Below, piece after piece: positions 37,050 to 49,067 of a DNA stretch of 64,000 nucleotides. This DNA comes from Sminthopsis crassicaudata (taxonomy: Eukaryota). Where the stretch lies: NCBI RefSeq assembly GCF_048593235.1, contig NC_133618.1, positions 534,474,465-534,538,464 on the forward strand, given 5' to 3'. A program made the translations under genes and the position numbers. Below the pieces are notes generated by a model that saw only the letters and a list, made by a program, of their open reading frames with translations, did not search any database and was not told the origin of the DNA. Each line of letters opens with the position of its first letter. Position 1 is the first letter of the stretch.

Positions 37050-37800
37050 TCATCGTTCACCTAATTAATCCCTTAAACCACTCTAAAAGGGAAGACAACA
37101 TGAAAAGCACTGATTAGGGTAGGGAAGATGAAAAGGAGCTCTGTGGGTTCATCCCCCACCCACCCAGCTTCAGCTTGTTGCTTCTGCTGCCCTGGCCCTT
37201 AATCTCATCATTTCTTTTGGGTTTGATCTGTTGTGGGGAGTTTTCCTGACTCATTAGAACCCCTGCAGTCCATCCAGCCACACTCCAGGACCCCCTAGGC
37301 CCTGTCACCTCTATCCCGCAGCAAAATTAGCAGTAAAAGTTGTTATCTGGGCCAGCAGTAGGCTCACACTCAGAAAGAGAAAGAAAGGAAAGGAGAGAGA
37401 TTTTGGCTCCTGTTACCAGTGTTTACAGAGACACGTGAAGGGGGGAGAAGGGGCGGGGTGGAGAAATGTGCTGAAGATGTCTGCATTTCATAAGACACGC
37501 AAACTATGTAAGTATTATCTCAGAGCTGACAGTTGCGGGCTAAACAGAAAGAATAAAGCCTGTCAGAATAGCAGAACAGAGATAGCTGCTCTAACCCACA
37601 GAAACCAAAACCACACAGTGAGGCTGGGGGGAGACTGCTAATGCTGCTGCGACAGTCAGATATTTCTAAACTCCAACAGTTCATTAGGAGGGGTTTTTTC
37701 CCCTTTCTTTCCTGCTATAATATTTTAAAAGACAGCAGCTCACAAAAGAATGCATTGAACAAAAGGCAAACATTCGGAGAGAGATGGCAAAAAGCATGAC
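37050..37800. promoter_or_regulatory. Candidate regulatory block
   Basis: TAATTAATCC at 37062, forkhead TGTTTAC at 37420, E-box CACGTG at 37432, GC box at about 37452, TGACAG/TGTCA sites; not recognisably repeat-derived. Confidence 0.3.
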
Positions 37801-37829
37801 AGCCAAATCCAGTGGAAAGAACCCAAGTG

Positions 37830-38220
37830 CTATTTTCTCCCTCCTTCTCTCTTCCTCCATTCCTTCCCCCCACCTGTGTCTTTCTGTTTTTTGTCCCCCC
37901 TCCTTGCTTCTCTCTCTCCACGTCACCATTTTCTCTACCTCATAGTCTTTCTCTTTTCTCCTTCCCTTGCTTTCTCAAACTATCAAAATTTCTTTCCATC
38001 CTCCTTTTTCTATCTTTTATCCCTGTTCATCTTCTCTTCTTCCTCTCTCCTACTTTCTCAAACACTCCAAGTTTTTCTCTCCTTTACTCTGTTAATTTTC
38101 TCTTTTTCTCCTTCCACTTTCTCAGACTCTCCTCAGCTTCTTTTTATCCCCCTTTCTCTCTCTCCTCTTTCTCTGTTCATCTTCTCTGCTTCCCTCCCTT
38201 TATTCTCTACTCTCCCCCCG
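37830..38220. repeat. CT-rich pyrimidine tract
   Basis: Composition. Confidence 0.85.
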
Positions 38221-39269
38221 CATTGTTAAATAAGCTATTCTGGGTAATGTTGAAAGCCACCACAGAAAAAAATGAAAAGAGATGGCCTTGTATTTGTGTA
38301 CAGGGCCCCAAGCAGCACTTCCTTTTTGGTCTTGAAGGGCTGGCCTGCCTCCCTGTCAAAGTCAACACCTCCTGATTCTCCAGGCATTGGGTCAGTAAAT
38401 TGGTCCCTTGGCAGCCGGCCCTCTGCCCTCCTGAATCTGCTCAGCTCTATCCCAGTCAGAAAATCCCTTGGCTGCTTGTGTAACCATGGTGCTGCCAGAT
38501 AAATGACTTACTTGTCACTTAATATATACTAACTACCTTGTACAAGAGTCACCTTGTATGTGTGTGTGTGTGTGTGTGCTTGCCCTAACCCTTCTTAATT
38601 CCAATTCTTTCTTTCTTTTACTTACTTCTTATTTACCTTGTATTTATTATCTTTGTAACTATTTGGTAACTATTCGTAACTATTTGTAACTCCCCCCAAA
38701 CAAACTCAGCTTTTACACTCCTTAAGGGCAGGGAATATCTCTTAACTCTTTGTAACCCCAGCCTTAGCACATAATGTAACACATAATTAATAAATGTTAT
38801 TTAAATTGAATTGATTGTTTCTGTCTCTTCTTGAGGTTAGAGAGCTTGTCTGATCACCTACAATATCAAATATGAGGCTAGATTTATAGCAAGTACTCAA
38901 TAAATAAATAAATTCATATAGCTGGAAGTGACCTTAAAGGCCATCTAGTCAAAACTCATTATTTATTAGTGAAGAGACTGAGACTGAGAGATGACTTGCC
39001 CATGGCAAAAGCAGGATTTGAATTCAGATTTTGCTGAATCCAAGTCCAGCCCTCTGATTACTGCCAGGTGTCTTGGGATTAATTTATTCCAAGAAGGAAC
39101 TGAGCTACAGGGCATATACCTCTCATAGCAGGCTGCTTCCAAAGAGCAAGCAGGGTGGGGCTGTCCCTAAGTATGGTTTACTGAAAGAACCATAAATATT
39201 GCAGGGTGACTTAGGGTTTCCTTGCCTCTTTAACAGGTACAAACAATAAGCTGCGTGACTAGACAGCAA

Positions 39270-39754
39270 GTATAGTTAGTATAACAGAATAACAAGAATT
39301 TACATGACAAATGCAACAAATATGGAGAAGCATGGAAAAATCTATGTGAACTGACACAGTGAAGTAAGCAAGAATCAAAACAATATCTACGATTGCAATA
39401 ATGTAAACAGAAAGAAGAATCACACACACAAAAAATCAAAAGTGGATGTTGCAAAAGTACAAAGGACGAGCATCATTGGAAAGAAGAGATATAAGAAAGT
39501 ACTCCCACCCCATTCCTTGATAGAAGTGGGAGGGCCACAAGTGTTGTACATTGCACATATTTTCAAATTGTTTCCATGCATTAATCACTTGTGTTGATCT
39601 CCCTCCCCCTCCCCTACCCCCATTTTGTCTTTGAAAATAGTATTTGTCATGTGAGATGGCTCTCTGGGAAGGGGAGGAGTACTGGGGGAAATTATAGAGG
39701 AAAAAACCCAAAAGACATCCACAAAAACTTATTTAAAAAGAAAAAAAAAAAAAA
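39270..39754 (+). mobile_element. Older L1/HAL1-type 3' end
   Basis: GAAGCATGGAAAAATCTATGTGAACTGA...AGTGAAGTAAGCA; poly(A) at about 39735-39754. Confidence 0.7.
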
Positions 39755-40454
39755 TCGGAAGCTCTCAGATAGCAGCATTGTCTCTTTTGGGAAGTTCCTG
39801 ACTCCATCCTTATCCCCTCAATCCCAGTTTATTCCATGTTAAGCCCAAGAGTGTTTGGGGGTACCCGGACATGCCAGTTAGGGCTCTGACAATAGGATGA
39901 TCGCTCCCGGGCTCTGCACTTTGGGGGAACCTGTGTTGCTATGGAAAGTAGGTGACTGTCACTGACTCAGACATAGGAAGAAGAGGTTACTGTCCCAGGT
40001 GGTACTACAGAGACCTAAGGCTCATGGACCCACAGTCAGCCCATCAATTTCCTCCTGTTACCAAACAAAGTAGATAAGACTTCCTTTCCTCTCCTTTCCC
40101 TCCCACCATACCCAAAAAAAAAAAAAAAATAGCTGTATGGTCTGGGCCTCTGTTCCTCTTCAAAGCTGTCTTTGATGCTCATTTTAACCTGATTTCATTT
40201 GAATTTCATTTTAAGAGGAAGATCTTGACTCAGTCCAGACCCCGCACCTTTCCCTCCCTAAATTTCCCTGCTTGGGGAGAATGTGGAGGTGGGAGAGCCT
40301 GCCCCGCTGGACATTTCCCTAGGAAAAGGGGGCTGGGCCCTCAGACCTGTGGCCTGGTCTCCTGGGCCTGTGGCAAAACCCCATTCCCCAGCTTCTTTGA
40401 TCCTCAGCCCCCAAGCCAAACACTGAAGCAGAGGAGGGGAGGTGTGGGGCAGCA

Positions 40455-40620
40455 GGAATTATGCTGAATCTGGAATCAAAGACCCAGCTTTGAACCTTGG
40501 CTCTGCCATTTCCTACCTGTGTGACTTTGGACAACTCCTTAACCTGAGGCCTCCGTCCCTTGTCCTAAAAATGAGGGGGGTAAACTAGAGGTCCCTCCCA
40601 GCTCTAAATCCATAGCTCTG
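40455..40620 (+). mobile_element. MIR
   Basis: CTGAATCTGGAATCAAAGACC...TGTGTGACTTTGGACAA...AAAATGAGGGGG...CTCTAAATCCAT. Confidence 0.7.
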
Positions 40621-40919
40621 TGGCTCACATTACCCATAAGCTGTTGCTCTGCCGAGGACCTGAACCCCATTCTTCTGCCCGCTGTAATGCGAGGCAAATT
40701 ACTTTTCTGACCTCTCTGGGTCTCGGCTCTTTAATGTGCAATATTATGAAGTTGGGCAGGAAGACCTCAAGGGTTTTTTCCCGTCCTAAATCTAGTCTTG
40801 TGACATTATCGACTGGCTGGTGGCTCTCAGGCCTCTGTTCTCTTCTCCCCAGATGGCTCTCATTCACGGCAGGAAATAATAAAAATCACTCCCATTTGTA
40901 CAAAGCTTTACAATTCACA

Positions 40920-41500
40920 GTGTTTTCCTGCGTACTATCTCCCCTAAAAGCTGCTGGGGGCCGGGGGCCGGGCGGCGGGGCGCTGGCCTCCATCTCTCCC
41001 CCTCCCTGCCACTGGGCTCCCTATCTCTCAGCTGGCTTCCAAGACTCATTTTGCGAGGGTTGCAGATAAACCGCAGGCAGTGTCTTTCCTGTGACATTTG
41101 AGGCTTGCACTTCTGCCTTTGACTGAGGTCAGGCACATAGAGAAACTTCACAACACACACACAGCCCCCACCAAACTTCCCTTAAAAAGTGAACACGATC
41201 TGTGAAAGCCTCAGAAAAGAGGAAGCAGGCCGGCGGGGGGAGAGAGCTGGGAAGCCAGGCTCAGGGGGCTCGGCTCGGACGGCTCCCGCCTGGGACTTCA
41301 GGACAAATCATCTTATTCTCTCTATTCCCCGTCTGGCTCCTCATAAATAAGTGAGATTGCAGAGAGCCCTGAGTCAGGAAGAATCCTGAGACGGTCACTC
41401 GCTGGTCACGTGTGTGACCCTGGGCGAGGGACGGCTCACTCACTTCTCCATAAAATGAGGATTAATAATATCCCTTCCTGCTCAGAGCTGCCGAGAGGAT
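40920..41500. promoter_or_regulatory. CpG-island-like patch with GC boxes
   Basis: About 22 CpGs in 40931-41493; GGGCGG box and G-runs at 40956-40980. Confidence 0.5.
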
Positions 41501-41560
41501 CAAAAGGGACAATACATGTGGAGTGCTTTGCAAACCTTAATATTGTTGTTGTTGTTGTTC
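41360..41560 (+). mobile_element. MIR with unusually many CpGs
   Basis: CCCTGAGTCAGGAAG...TGTGTGACCCTGGGCGAG...TAAAATGAGGATTAATA...AGGATCAAA...GTGCTTTGCAAACCTTAA. Confidence 0.75.
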
Positions 41561-41859
41561 TTATTATCAGTGCTGTAAAATGGGCTAAGAATTGGTACTA
41601 ACTGTAATCTTCTCAAGCACTCTATGGACTTCAGGGATTTAGGAGGAGTGTGTGTGTGTGAGATTAACATTTTGAGATTTCCAGGAGTGTTATTTCTTAT
41701 TCCTCTTCCACAGAGAATCCTTTGTCAGTCAAGACTCTTTGAGTAACTCCAATCTGATGTAACAGTTTTGCACCCAAATTAGACCAATAGTTTTCAGATA
41801 TTGTCAGAGGTTAGCTATCTATGAACAATGAGTATCCAAATTCTCCAGGGAATTTTTCC

Positions 41860-42232
41860 CTCTTCTCTCCTTCCCTCCCCTTCTCCTCTTCTCCTCTCCT
41901 CTTCTCTCCACTCTCTTCCTCTCCTCTCCTCTTCTTCCTTCTCCCCTCCCCTCCTCTCCTCTTTCTTCTCTTCTCCTCTCCTTTCGTCTCCCTCTCTCCT
42001 TTCTCCTCTCTGCTTCTCTTTTCTTCTCCTTTCCTTTCCCTTCCCTTCCTCCCCTCTCCTTTCCTTCTCTCTTTTTTCTCCCTTCCTCTCCTTTTTTCTC
42101 CTTTCCTCTCCTCTCTTTTCACCCCCTCTTCTCCTTTCCTCTCTTCTCTCCCTCTTTTCTCCTCTCTTCTTCTTTCCCTTCCTCTCCTCTCCTCCCTTTT
42201 CCCTTACCTTCCTCTCCTCTCTCTTTTTTCTT
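41860..42232. repeat. (CTCCT/CTTT)n pyrimidine tract
   Basis: Composition. Confidence 0.9.
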
Positions 42233-42899
42233 GTGTATTTTGAATCCCTATCCTTCATGTGAAAATAGAACATCAGTGTAAACTTTTGGAGTCTAACTAG
42301 AAGTTACTTTTGTCTAACCTGACCTTTGGATAGTACAGCATAGGCATTTTCTTGTTCTGCTAACCCTGTTGACAAAAGCAGCCTTCTTTGTTATTAAAAG
42401 TAAAAGCTTCTTTCATTTCTACGGTAAATGACATCATGGATCTCACTGACTAGGGCATTGTTTAGTACCATTTGAAATGTTAAGCTTAGCATCATTGGAG
42501 TTATTGTTGGAGGGCTTCATTGCAAAATACACATTCAAGAAAATCCCATGATTTATCCTTTAAAAGATTCCCCCCAAAGTGTCGGGTTCAATGGCAATAT
42601 AAGTAGCAATCTTCTTACCAGACTATTGATTCCGCTTGAGAAATTTAAATCTCTGAACAATGACAGATGATTTTAGGAAGAAGTGTGCTTCTAATCATCC
42701 CCAGTAGCTCCTCAGATTGCTTAGTCAAAATTGAGTGCTAGAGTACCTCAATCTGGAATAGGAGTCCTCAGCTTTGCTTTAAGACAGAAGCAAACTAATT
42801 TTTAACACAAAATCTTACCTGGATATTAAGTAGCTAATATAAAATGCTTCTATATGCTGTAGGATGCCCATTTTAAGTGCCTTTATCACTTCTTTCCTA

Positions 42900-43450
42900 A
42901 GTTATTATTATACACTCTTAGCTGCTTTCCCTGACCCCAGTTATTCTTCTCTCCAATTCTTCCTTTGCACAAATTAGTCCCTTTTAAGTATGTCTGAGCA
43001 CATCACCCCTCCAAAAAAACCTTCAGTCATTCCCCACTGCTTAACAAACAAAATACATGCTCTTTATCCTGATATTTCAGACCCTTGACAATCTGTTGCC
43101 ATCATAACTTTCTTACTTCACAATGCTCTTTTTCATCAGGATATACTTGAGCCAGACTGGACTACCCATTTTGCTTAATCTGGTCCCTAGCCTGCTCCTT
43201 CAATTGGCTCTGTCTAAATTGAACTTCACTTGGGTCTTCTTACCTGTTTTCTTAATTCACTCTCAGACAATTTTTCTTGGCTCTCTCCCTACATTCCTCC
43301 CTCCCTGGTGTTTTTGGAAATCAGGCTTGCCTCTACAACTGAGATTTCCTTGACTCCTCTCAAATATCCTCCTAGCCTCCTTGGCATCCCTGAAGCCAAA
43401 GTAGTGAGTACTTTCTGGCTATGGTATCTATCCCTCGAGATTCCTTGAGG
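42900..43450 (+). mobile_element. L2 3' region
   Basis: TGAGCACATCACCCCTCC...CTTCAGTCATTCCCCACTGC...AGCCAGACTGGACTAC. Confidence 0.65.
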
Positions 43451-43884
43451 TTTTAGAGTCTCTCTCTTACTGTCATCAGCTCAACCCCACCAGTTGTGTT
43501 CTACATTGTTAAGTGCCCATGATTAGCACCCTGGTTCCATTTAACCATTTCACTTCATTTCAGTTAGCTGCATTAGGTAGCTTTTTCAAGGTGATATTTT
43601 CTTTGAAACTATAGCAAGAGTAAAGTATAAACATTTCCCCCAATAGAGACAATAGTTTCTAGAAAAATAATCTCAATTTAATTTAATTCTTACATAACAT
43701 GACTCCCATCTAATTCACATCCAAGGGGTAAGGATTTCTCATTTCATCTACAATTGGACTGAATTTCAAAAGGTTATTCCAGAAGGTTCTTCTTGATCCT
43801 CAAGACTTTAGCTATAAACCTAGGGTCTGGAACTCTAGGGTACAGGAGTACCTGTGCACTAATCTGTGCAAAGGGATGGGATTG

Positions 43885-44270
43885 TTGATTGGTGGGTGTC
43901 CTTTATTTTCACTATGTTGGAATCAGTGTGTCTGACTGTGGCTGATCAGACCAATATGAGCTCAGAAAACTCTATCCCAGTCAGGCAAAAAGAGTCCACA
44001 TAAACATTTGGAAGAGATATCTCTGAATTTGCACATCTCACATTTTTTGAGCTACTGTAATTCTGTTTCATTCATAAAGCACACTATCTTCTTTGATGCA
44101 GATATACCAAGTTGAATGGTCCTGCGCCAGTCTTTCCCAAGTCAAAGTTCTTCAGAGAGACTTTAAGAGTGTCCTTGTTGTGCTTCTTCTGACCTCATTG
44201 TGAGCACTTTCCTTGTATATGTTCTCCATAAAGTCTTTTAGGCAAAAGCACATTTGACATTCAAAACTCT
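43885..44270 (-). mobile_element. RTE 3' end
   Basis: Minus strand encodes PKRLxxEN..GKCSQ...KDTLKVSLKNF; ends with the RTE terminal motif (rc of TTGGTGGGTGTCCTTTATTTTC). Confidence 0.85.
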
Positions 44271-44289
44271 TTGAATAGGAAGGGATGGA

Positions 44290-45790
44290 CGAAGAAGTCA
44301 CTGAAATCCCTCCAGAGTAACTGAGGCCAAAAGATGTGATAGCTGAAGTTGACAAGCCTTTTTAAATGCCTCTAAAAACTCAGTTAACAGACAAGACCCA
44401 GTTACTGAATGTCCTCTCCAAGGTACTTCCCTTAAATATTATCATGATTTTGCTGGAAGCAAGCTTCATAGCATTTGCTGCGTAGACAGGGTATATGAGC
44501 TGAGCAACCTAATGAGGTCTGTACATGTGCCAAACTCCCCATTAAACCTGGATAACAGCAGCTCTGTTCTTCCCCTTTACTATTCTGCGTATAACTGGCT
44601 GGCTGATTGATTGTAATTTTCTCAGCCAACATTATCTCTGATGAGGATCTCCCCAACAAAGCTTTAGGGTCTTCTCACCTGCTCTCATCTTAAAACTCCT
44701 ACTTCCTATCTCTTTCCTTCCACGAAGGAAGGATGTTCTAGCTTGGCATTCAATCTTTGCCAAAAAAATAGGGAAGGATGACTTCGGGGAGCTATCTCTG
44801 ACGCTATCTATACTCCAAAGTGGAAAGGATGTCCCAAACTTCCTGAATTTCATTTAATCTGTCATAAAAAAATCTATGAAGAAAGACTTCCATGAACTTC
44901 TTCATTGTGTGGCTAAACATACCCAACCATCCACCTGCCTTGGTCCTAGCTTTTGTTTACACAATTATCCCTTCAGTGGAATGAATTTTCTGTTCCTACT
45001 TGAAATGCACCCATCTTTCAAGGCCAGATTGTCATCTTTTCTGTAAAGGGGTGCCTCAATTGCCCAGGCCAGCCATGATCTCTCTGAACTCCCACTGAGT
45101 TCTTACCATCTGTAGGCACATTTGGCACTGAGACTGCAAGCTCAGAAAAAAAGGCACACCACAAACAGCCTCTGACATCTCTTAGGTTCTTATCTTTCAC
45201 AGCTTTTGGACTCTTCAATTATTGCTTAATTTCAGGTGAATATATTAAATCTTTCATAACCCAGGCTCTTTCCACCTCACCAATCTTCTCACAACTTACT
45301 CCCCAGTGACCCTGGCCGCCTGACTGTTGCACAAACAAGTCCATCCCTCAGCTCTGACCCTCTGTCTGATTGTCCCCTCTTCCTGAAATGCTTTCCCTAT
45401 TCTGCTGACTACTCTGGCTTCCTTTAAGTTTGGACTAAAATCCCTCCTCCTACAGGAAGCCTTCCTAAATTAGCTTGCTTGGGATAGATTTGTTCACATG
45501 TTGTCCCCTCTATTATAAGATTTGTTAACCTTGTAAAGGAACTATCCTTTTTTAAAAGCATTTTTTTCCCTGAGGCAATTGGGGTTAAGTGACTTGCCCA
45601 GGGTCACACAGCTAAGAAGTGTTAAGTGTCTGAGACCAGATTTGAACTCAGGTCCTCCTGACTTCAGGGCTGATGCTCTATCACCTGCAACACTTAGGTG
45701 CCCAAGGGACTATCTTTGGCCCTTTTTTGTATCCCCTACATTTAGCACATTGCCTGACACATTGGAGGTGCTTAATAAATATTTATTTAT
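44290..45790 (+). mobile_element. L2 LINE retaining part of ORF2 joined to its 3' tail
   Basis: Plus frame SPQQSFRVFSPAL / DVLAWHSIFAKKI / AKHTQPSTCLGP / ASHDLSELP is collinear with the L2 ORF2 pattern SPQRLFQTFSSLL / DLASYFTEKI / AKANPSTCxLDP / ASYRPISLLP; L2 tail from about 45245. Confidence 0.7.
45567..45706 (-). mobile_element. WSINE1-type SINE in the L2 tail
   Basis: TTTTTTCCCTGAGGCAATTGGGGTTAAGTGACTTGCCCAGGG...GGTGCCC. Confidence 0.88.
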
Positions 45791-45829
45791 TGACTTTATC
45801 CTTCTACAAGTACTTCACAATCCATCAAC

Positions 45830-46205
45830 ATTCACACTGGTCTTCTCATCCTTCCTCATCCCCTCTGAGTGTCTTTACTGGCTTCTCCATAGCTGGAAAG
45901 CTTTCCTTTCTCATTTTACCTCCTTGCTTCCCTGGATTCTTCAAGATTGAGGTCAAATTCCATTTTTTGCAGAACTTTCCAAGTCTTCTCCCATGCCTTT
46001 CTTCTGGCATTACTTCCCACTTGCATTATATTAATTTTGTATATACATATAATCATTTGTATGATATGATGCTTCCCTCATTAGAATGTGAGCTCCTTGA
46101 GGACTGGAACTATGTTTTTTACTTTCTTTATAATTCCAGCACTTAGAATAGAGCCTGGAACCTAGAAGTAAGCAATTAATAAATGCTTATTGATTGATTG
46201 ATTGA
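45830..46205 (+). mobile_element. L2 3' end
   Basis: TTAGAATGTGAGCTCCTTGAGG...CCAGCACTTAG...GCCTGG...TTAATAAATGCTTATTGATTGA. Confidence 0.75.
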
Positions 46206-48119
46206 TTTCTCTCTTCCATTGTTAGTTCCTCTAGTCATATGTTTTGGGGGATCTTTTAAAAATATTCCTCTCAAAGAAAAATATTCCTCTCTCTCCACCT
46301 CCCCAATCTCTATCCCAGCCCACCCCCAACATTTAGGACTGGACACGCAGTCCATTCTCAATAAATGTTTGTGGAATAAATATAAACATTTTAAGGATAA
46401 ATGAAGGAATTCATTTTCCTAGGGTCTGGGTTCACAGAGGCAGCAGAAGAGTTGAGCTAGAGCTGGGCAGGGCTGAATGAAGAAAATCTTGGTGCTCTAT
46501 TATCTATCTGTCTGATCCATCTTGGCAGTCACAATTGAGGCTGTTATGCTCCCATTGTCCTTAGCACTTTAAAAGGCCAGAACATCTCAAGGAATCTTTC
46601 CACAGAGACAAGCTAAAATAATACATTTAGACCTGCCAAACACAATCGCTTCTGTCTGTCAGGCTCCTGCAAATAGCACTTCTTAGCGGAGCTCTCAGAA
46701 GATATGGCTCCAAACAGCATGGGTGCAATCATACATCAATAGAAGAGAAACATTTTCCCTCCTCCCCTTCCCAGTCCCCATAATTGTGCTTTAAAATTGT
46801 TCCTGTGTTCTGGGAAGAGACATCACAATACCTGTTGCTTTCTAACTTAAAGCTGAGTACTGTGACAAAATGAGGCTAAACATGGCAAAGTTATTTTGAT
46901 TTATTTCTGAATGTTGAAATTTGAAGCTTGTTGTAGGGATTCAGCCATGAGAATGTGATCTGATAAAAATGTCTTCTCATGGTTTTAGCTTTTTTTTCTT
47001 TTCTTTCTTTTTCTTTTTCTTTTTTTCTTTTTTTTTGGTGGGAGTAGAAGGAGGAAGAGGGAGGGCACTCAGGACTAAGCCCAGTGTTCTATGGCTTTGG
47101 CTACCTATTTTGTCTCTGGGCAAGTTATTTGATATCCTTGAGTTGCAGTTTCCTCTTTGTAAAATGGAATTATTAGGCTAAGTGACCTTTAGGGTCATTT
47201 GTAGTTCTAAACCTATGATCTCATAATTGTTTTATTTGTTTGACAATGAAACCCCTTCCACCCCCACTCCTAACCTTATCACAATATCCAAAATTCCCAA
47301 ATTAGTGGTCTTTTCCTTTGCCATTCCTGTGGGCCTTTAAAAAAAATATGAAATCCCAGGGAGGTTCCTGGGGTGGTAGAATTTCATGGTTTCCATGGTT
47401 TCAAGAACATATTTTTAAGAAGACTGAGGAAAAAACCTTTCTTTCAGATCAAATCTCCTGATTTAGGGTTTTGGAAATAGGCAACATTTTGGTTGGAGCT
47501 CTAGTCTCAAAAGTCAGAAAGACCCATTGTTTTGAGCTCAGATTTTGCCTCAGACATTTACTAGTTGTCCCTGTTTGCTCCCACTAATTAGTCACCTGAA
47601 CCTGGTTAAGAAGGAGAGCAAGGGAAATATTTTCCTCAGTTAACAAGCTCCTCACTCACTGAGCAAAGATACTGTGTTGGTGATGCTACAGTTAATGGAT
47701 GTTAATGCTAATGACAACTTCATCAGAGCATAGACAAGGTTGTTAGTCTCTGGCCCTGGTCAGATCTATTAAAATGTTCCCACTTCTCTTTATGCAACCT
47801 CTAATCCAATCTAACAAAGCAATTTACCCTTCCATTTACACACCGAGTCTAAATCCTGCTTCTGTCCATCCCGTTCAGGAAGGGAGTTCAGAGGTTATTT
47901 AATCCAAACCCAACATTAGAGATGAAGAAAATGAGAACCAGAGAGCTTAGGGGACACAGCTAAGATTGCAAAGATAGCAGAGTCAAGTTTTGTATTCAAA
48001 CCCTCCGACTTCAAGTCCAGTCTGATCCGTTTTGCTTCCCTTGTTAGATAGCAAACTCCTTGAGAGTTATGACTTGAGAGAAAGCCATATCAAAAATATG
48101 GAGGTTGTCCACATGACAT

Positions 48120-48300
48120 AACAGTAGGATGTTGAACTAGTGATTGGGAAGGCCTTGGGTCGAAATCCTACCTCTAACAATTGCTTCTTGGGTCATCCTG
48201 GGCTCACCTGTCTGAGCTTTAGTTTCTTCATCTTTAAAATGTGGTTGCCAATAACTGTATCTTTCTCAAAGAGCTATTGTGAAACAACCAGATGCACATA
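48120..48300 (+). mobile_element. MIR
   Basis: GGAAGGCCTTGGGTCGAAATCC...CTTTAGTTTCTTCATCTTTAAAATG. Confidence 0.6.
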
Positions 48301-49067
48301 TGGATCAGTGCTCTCAATGATTCGGGAGGTCCTTCCATTGGAGCAAATCACAACCCATTTATGCCTGTCCATCCTATGGGACTCTGGTCCCTTTTTTCCC
48401 ATCGGTGTAGCACAGAAAGTTCATAGGCTGTGCTGGAGACCTTTCTCCAGCTAACATGGCAAGGGTACCAGTATAGCACTCTAGCTTTCTTCCTATCACC
48501 CTTCCATCCTTGTCACATGATCAGTCTATTTTATCTCTCTCATTTCCCTAATGACATCCATCACTCCTCTTCCTCTTCAAAGTTCTTCATTGATTATAGG
48601 CCATATCCACCATGTATCTCTCCTTTGTTCTCTGTGTAAAATTCATTTTGAATTCTTTGGGGGACTCTTAGTATTCCCTATATCACCGATCTGTACAGTC
48701 AAGCATTACCTGTACACACCTAGATTGTTTGTATTAAAAAGATGGGTTTTGGCTTTCAAGGGAAACTTGGGATCATTAAAAGAGCTTTGCAATTTCCCAA
48801 AGGCAATCCTGCCTGCTTCCTTCCTGGTGGAACATAAATGAGATAATATATGTAAAGTGCTTGGCAAATCTTAAAGCGCTGTGTAAATGTCAGTTATTAT
48901 TGGATGATCTCTAAGGTCCCTTCTTGGATTAAATCCTAAGATCCTATAACCATATCTTATGCTTCTTTTCCTATGTCTCATAGGATTGGGTCCAGTGTTG
49001 GGCACCTAGTAGAATATTCAAAAGTGTTTCAATAAATAGTCGGAAGGCAAGCAAAATATGACTTCTG

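Noticed and set aside
37812-38375. 187-aa ORF, and the 140-152 aa ORFs at 41811-42273
   Set aside because: Pyrimidine-tract artefacts.
41075-41084. miR-34/449-like AGGCAGTGTC
   Set aside because: Seed-length match only; downstream bases diverge and no stem is evident.
44290-45240. Viral or processed-pseudogene fossil fused to the RTE 5' end (DDFGE, SDAIY, LREVPW look-alikes)
   Set aside because: The short viral look-alikes are out of order or wrongly spaced; collinear L2 ORF2 motifs and the adjoining L2 tail explain the segment.
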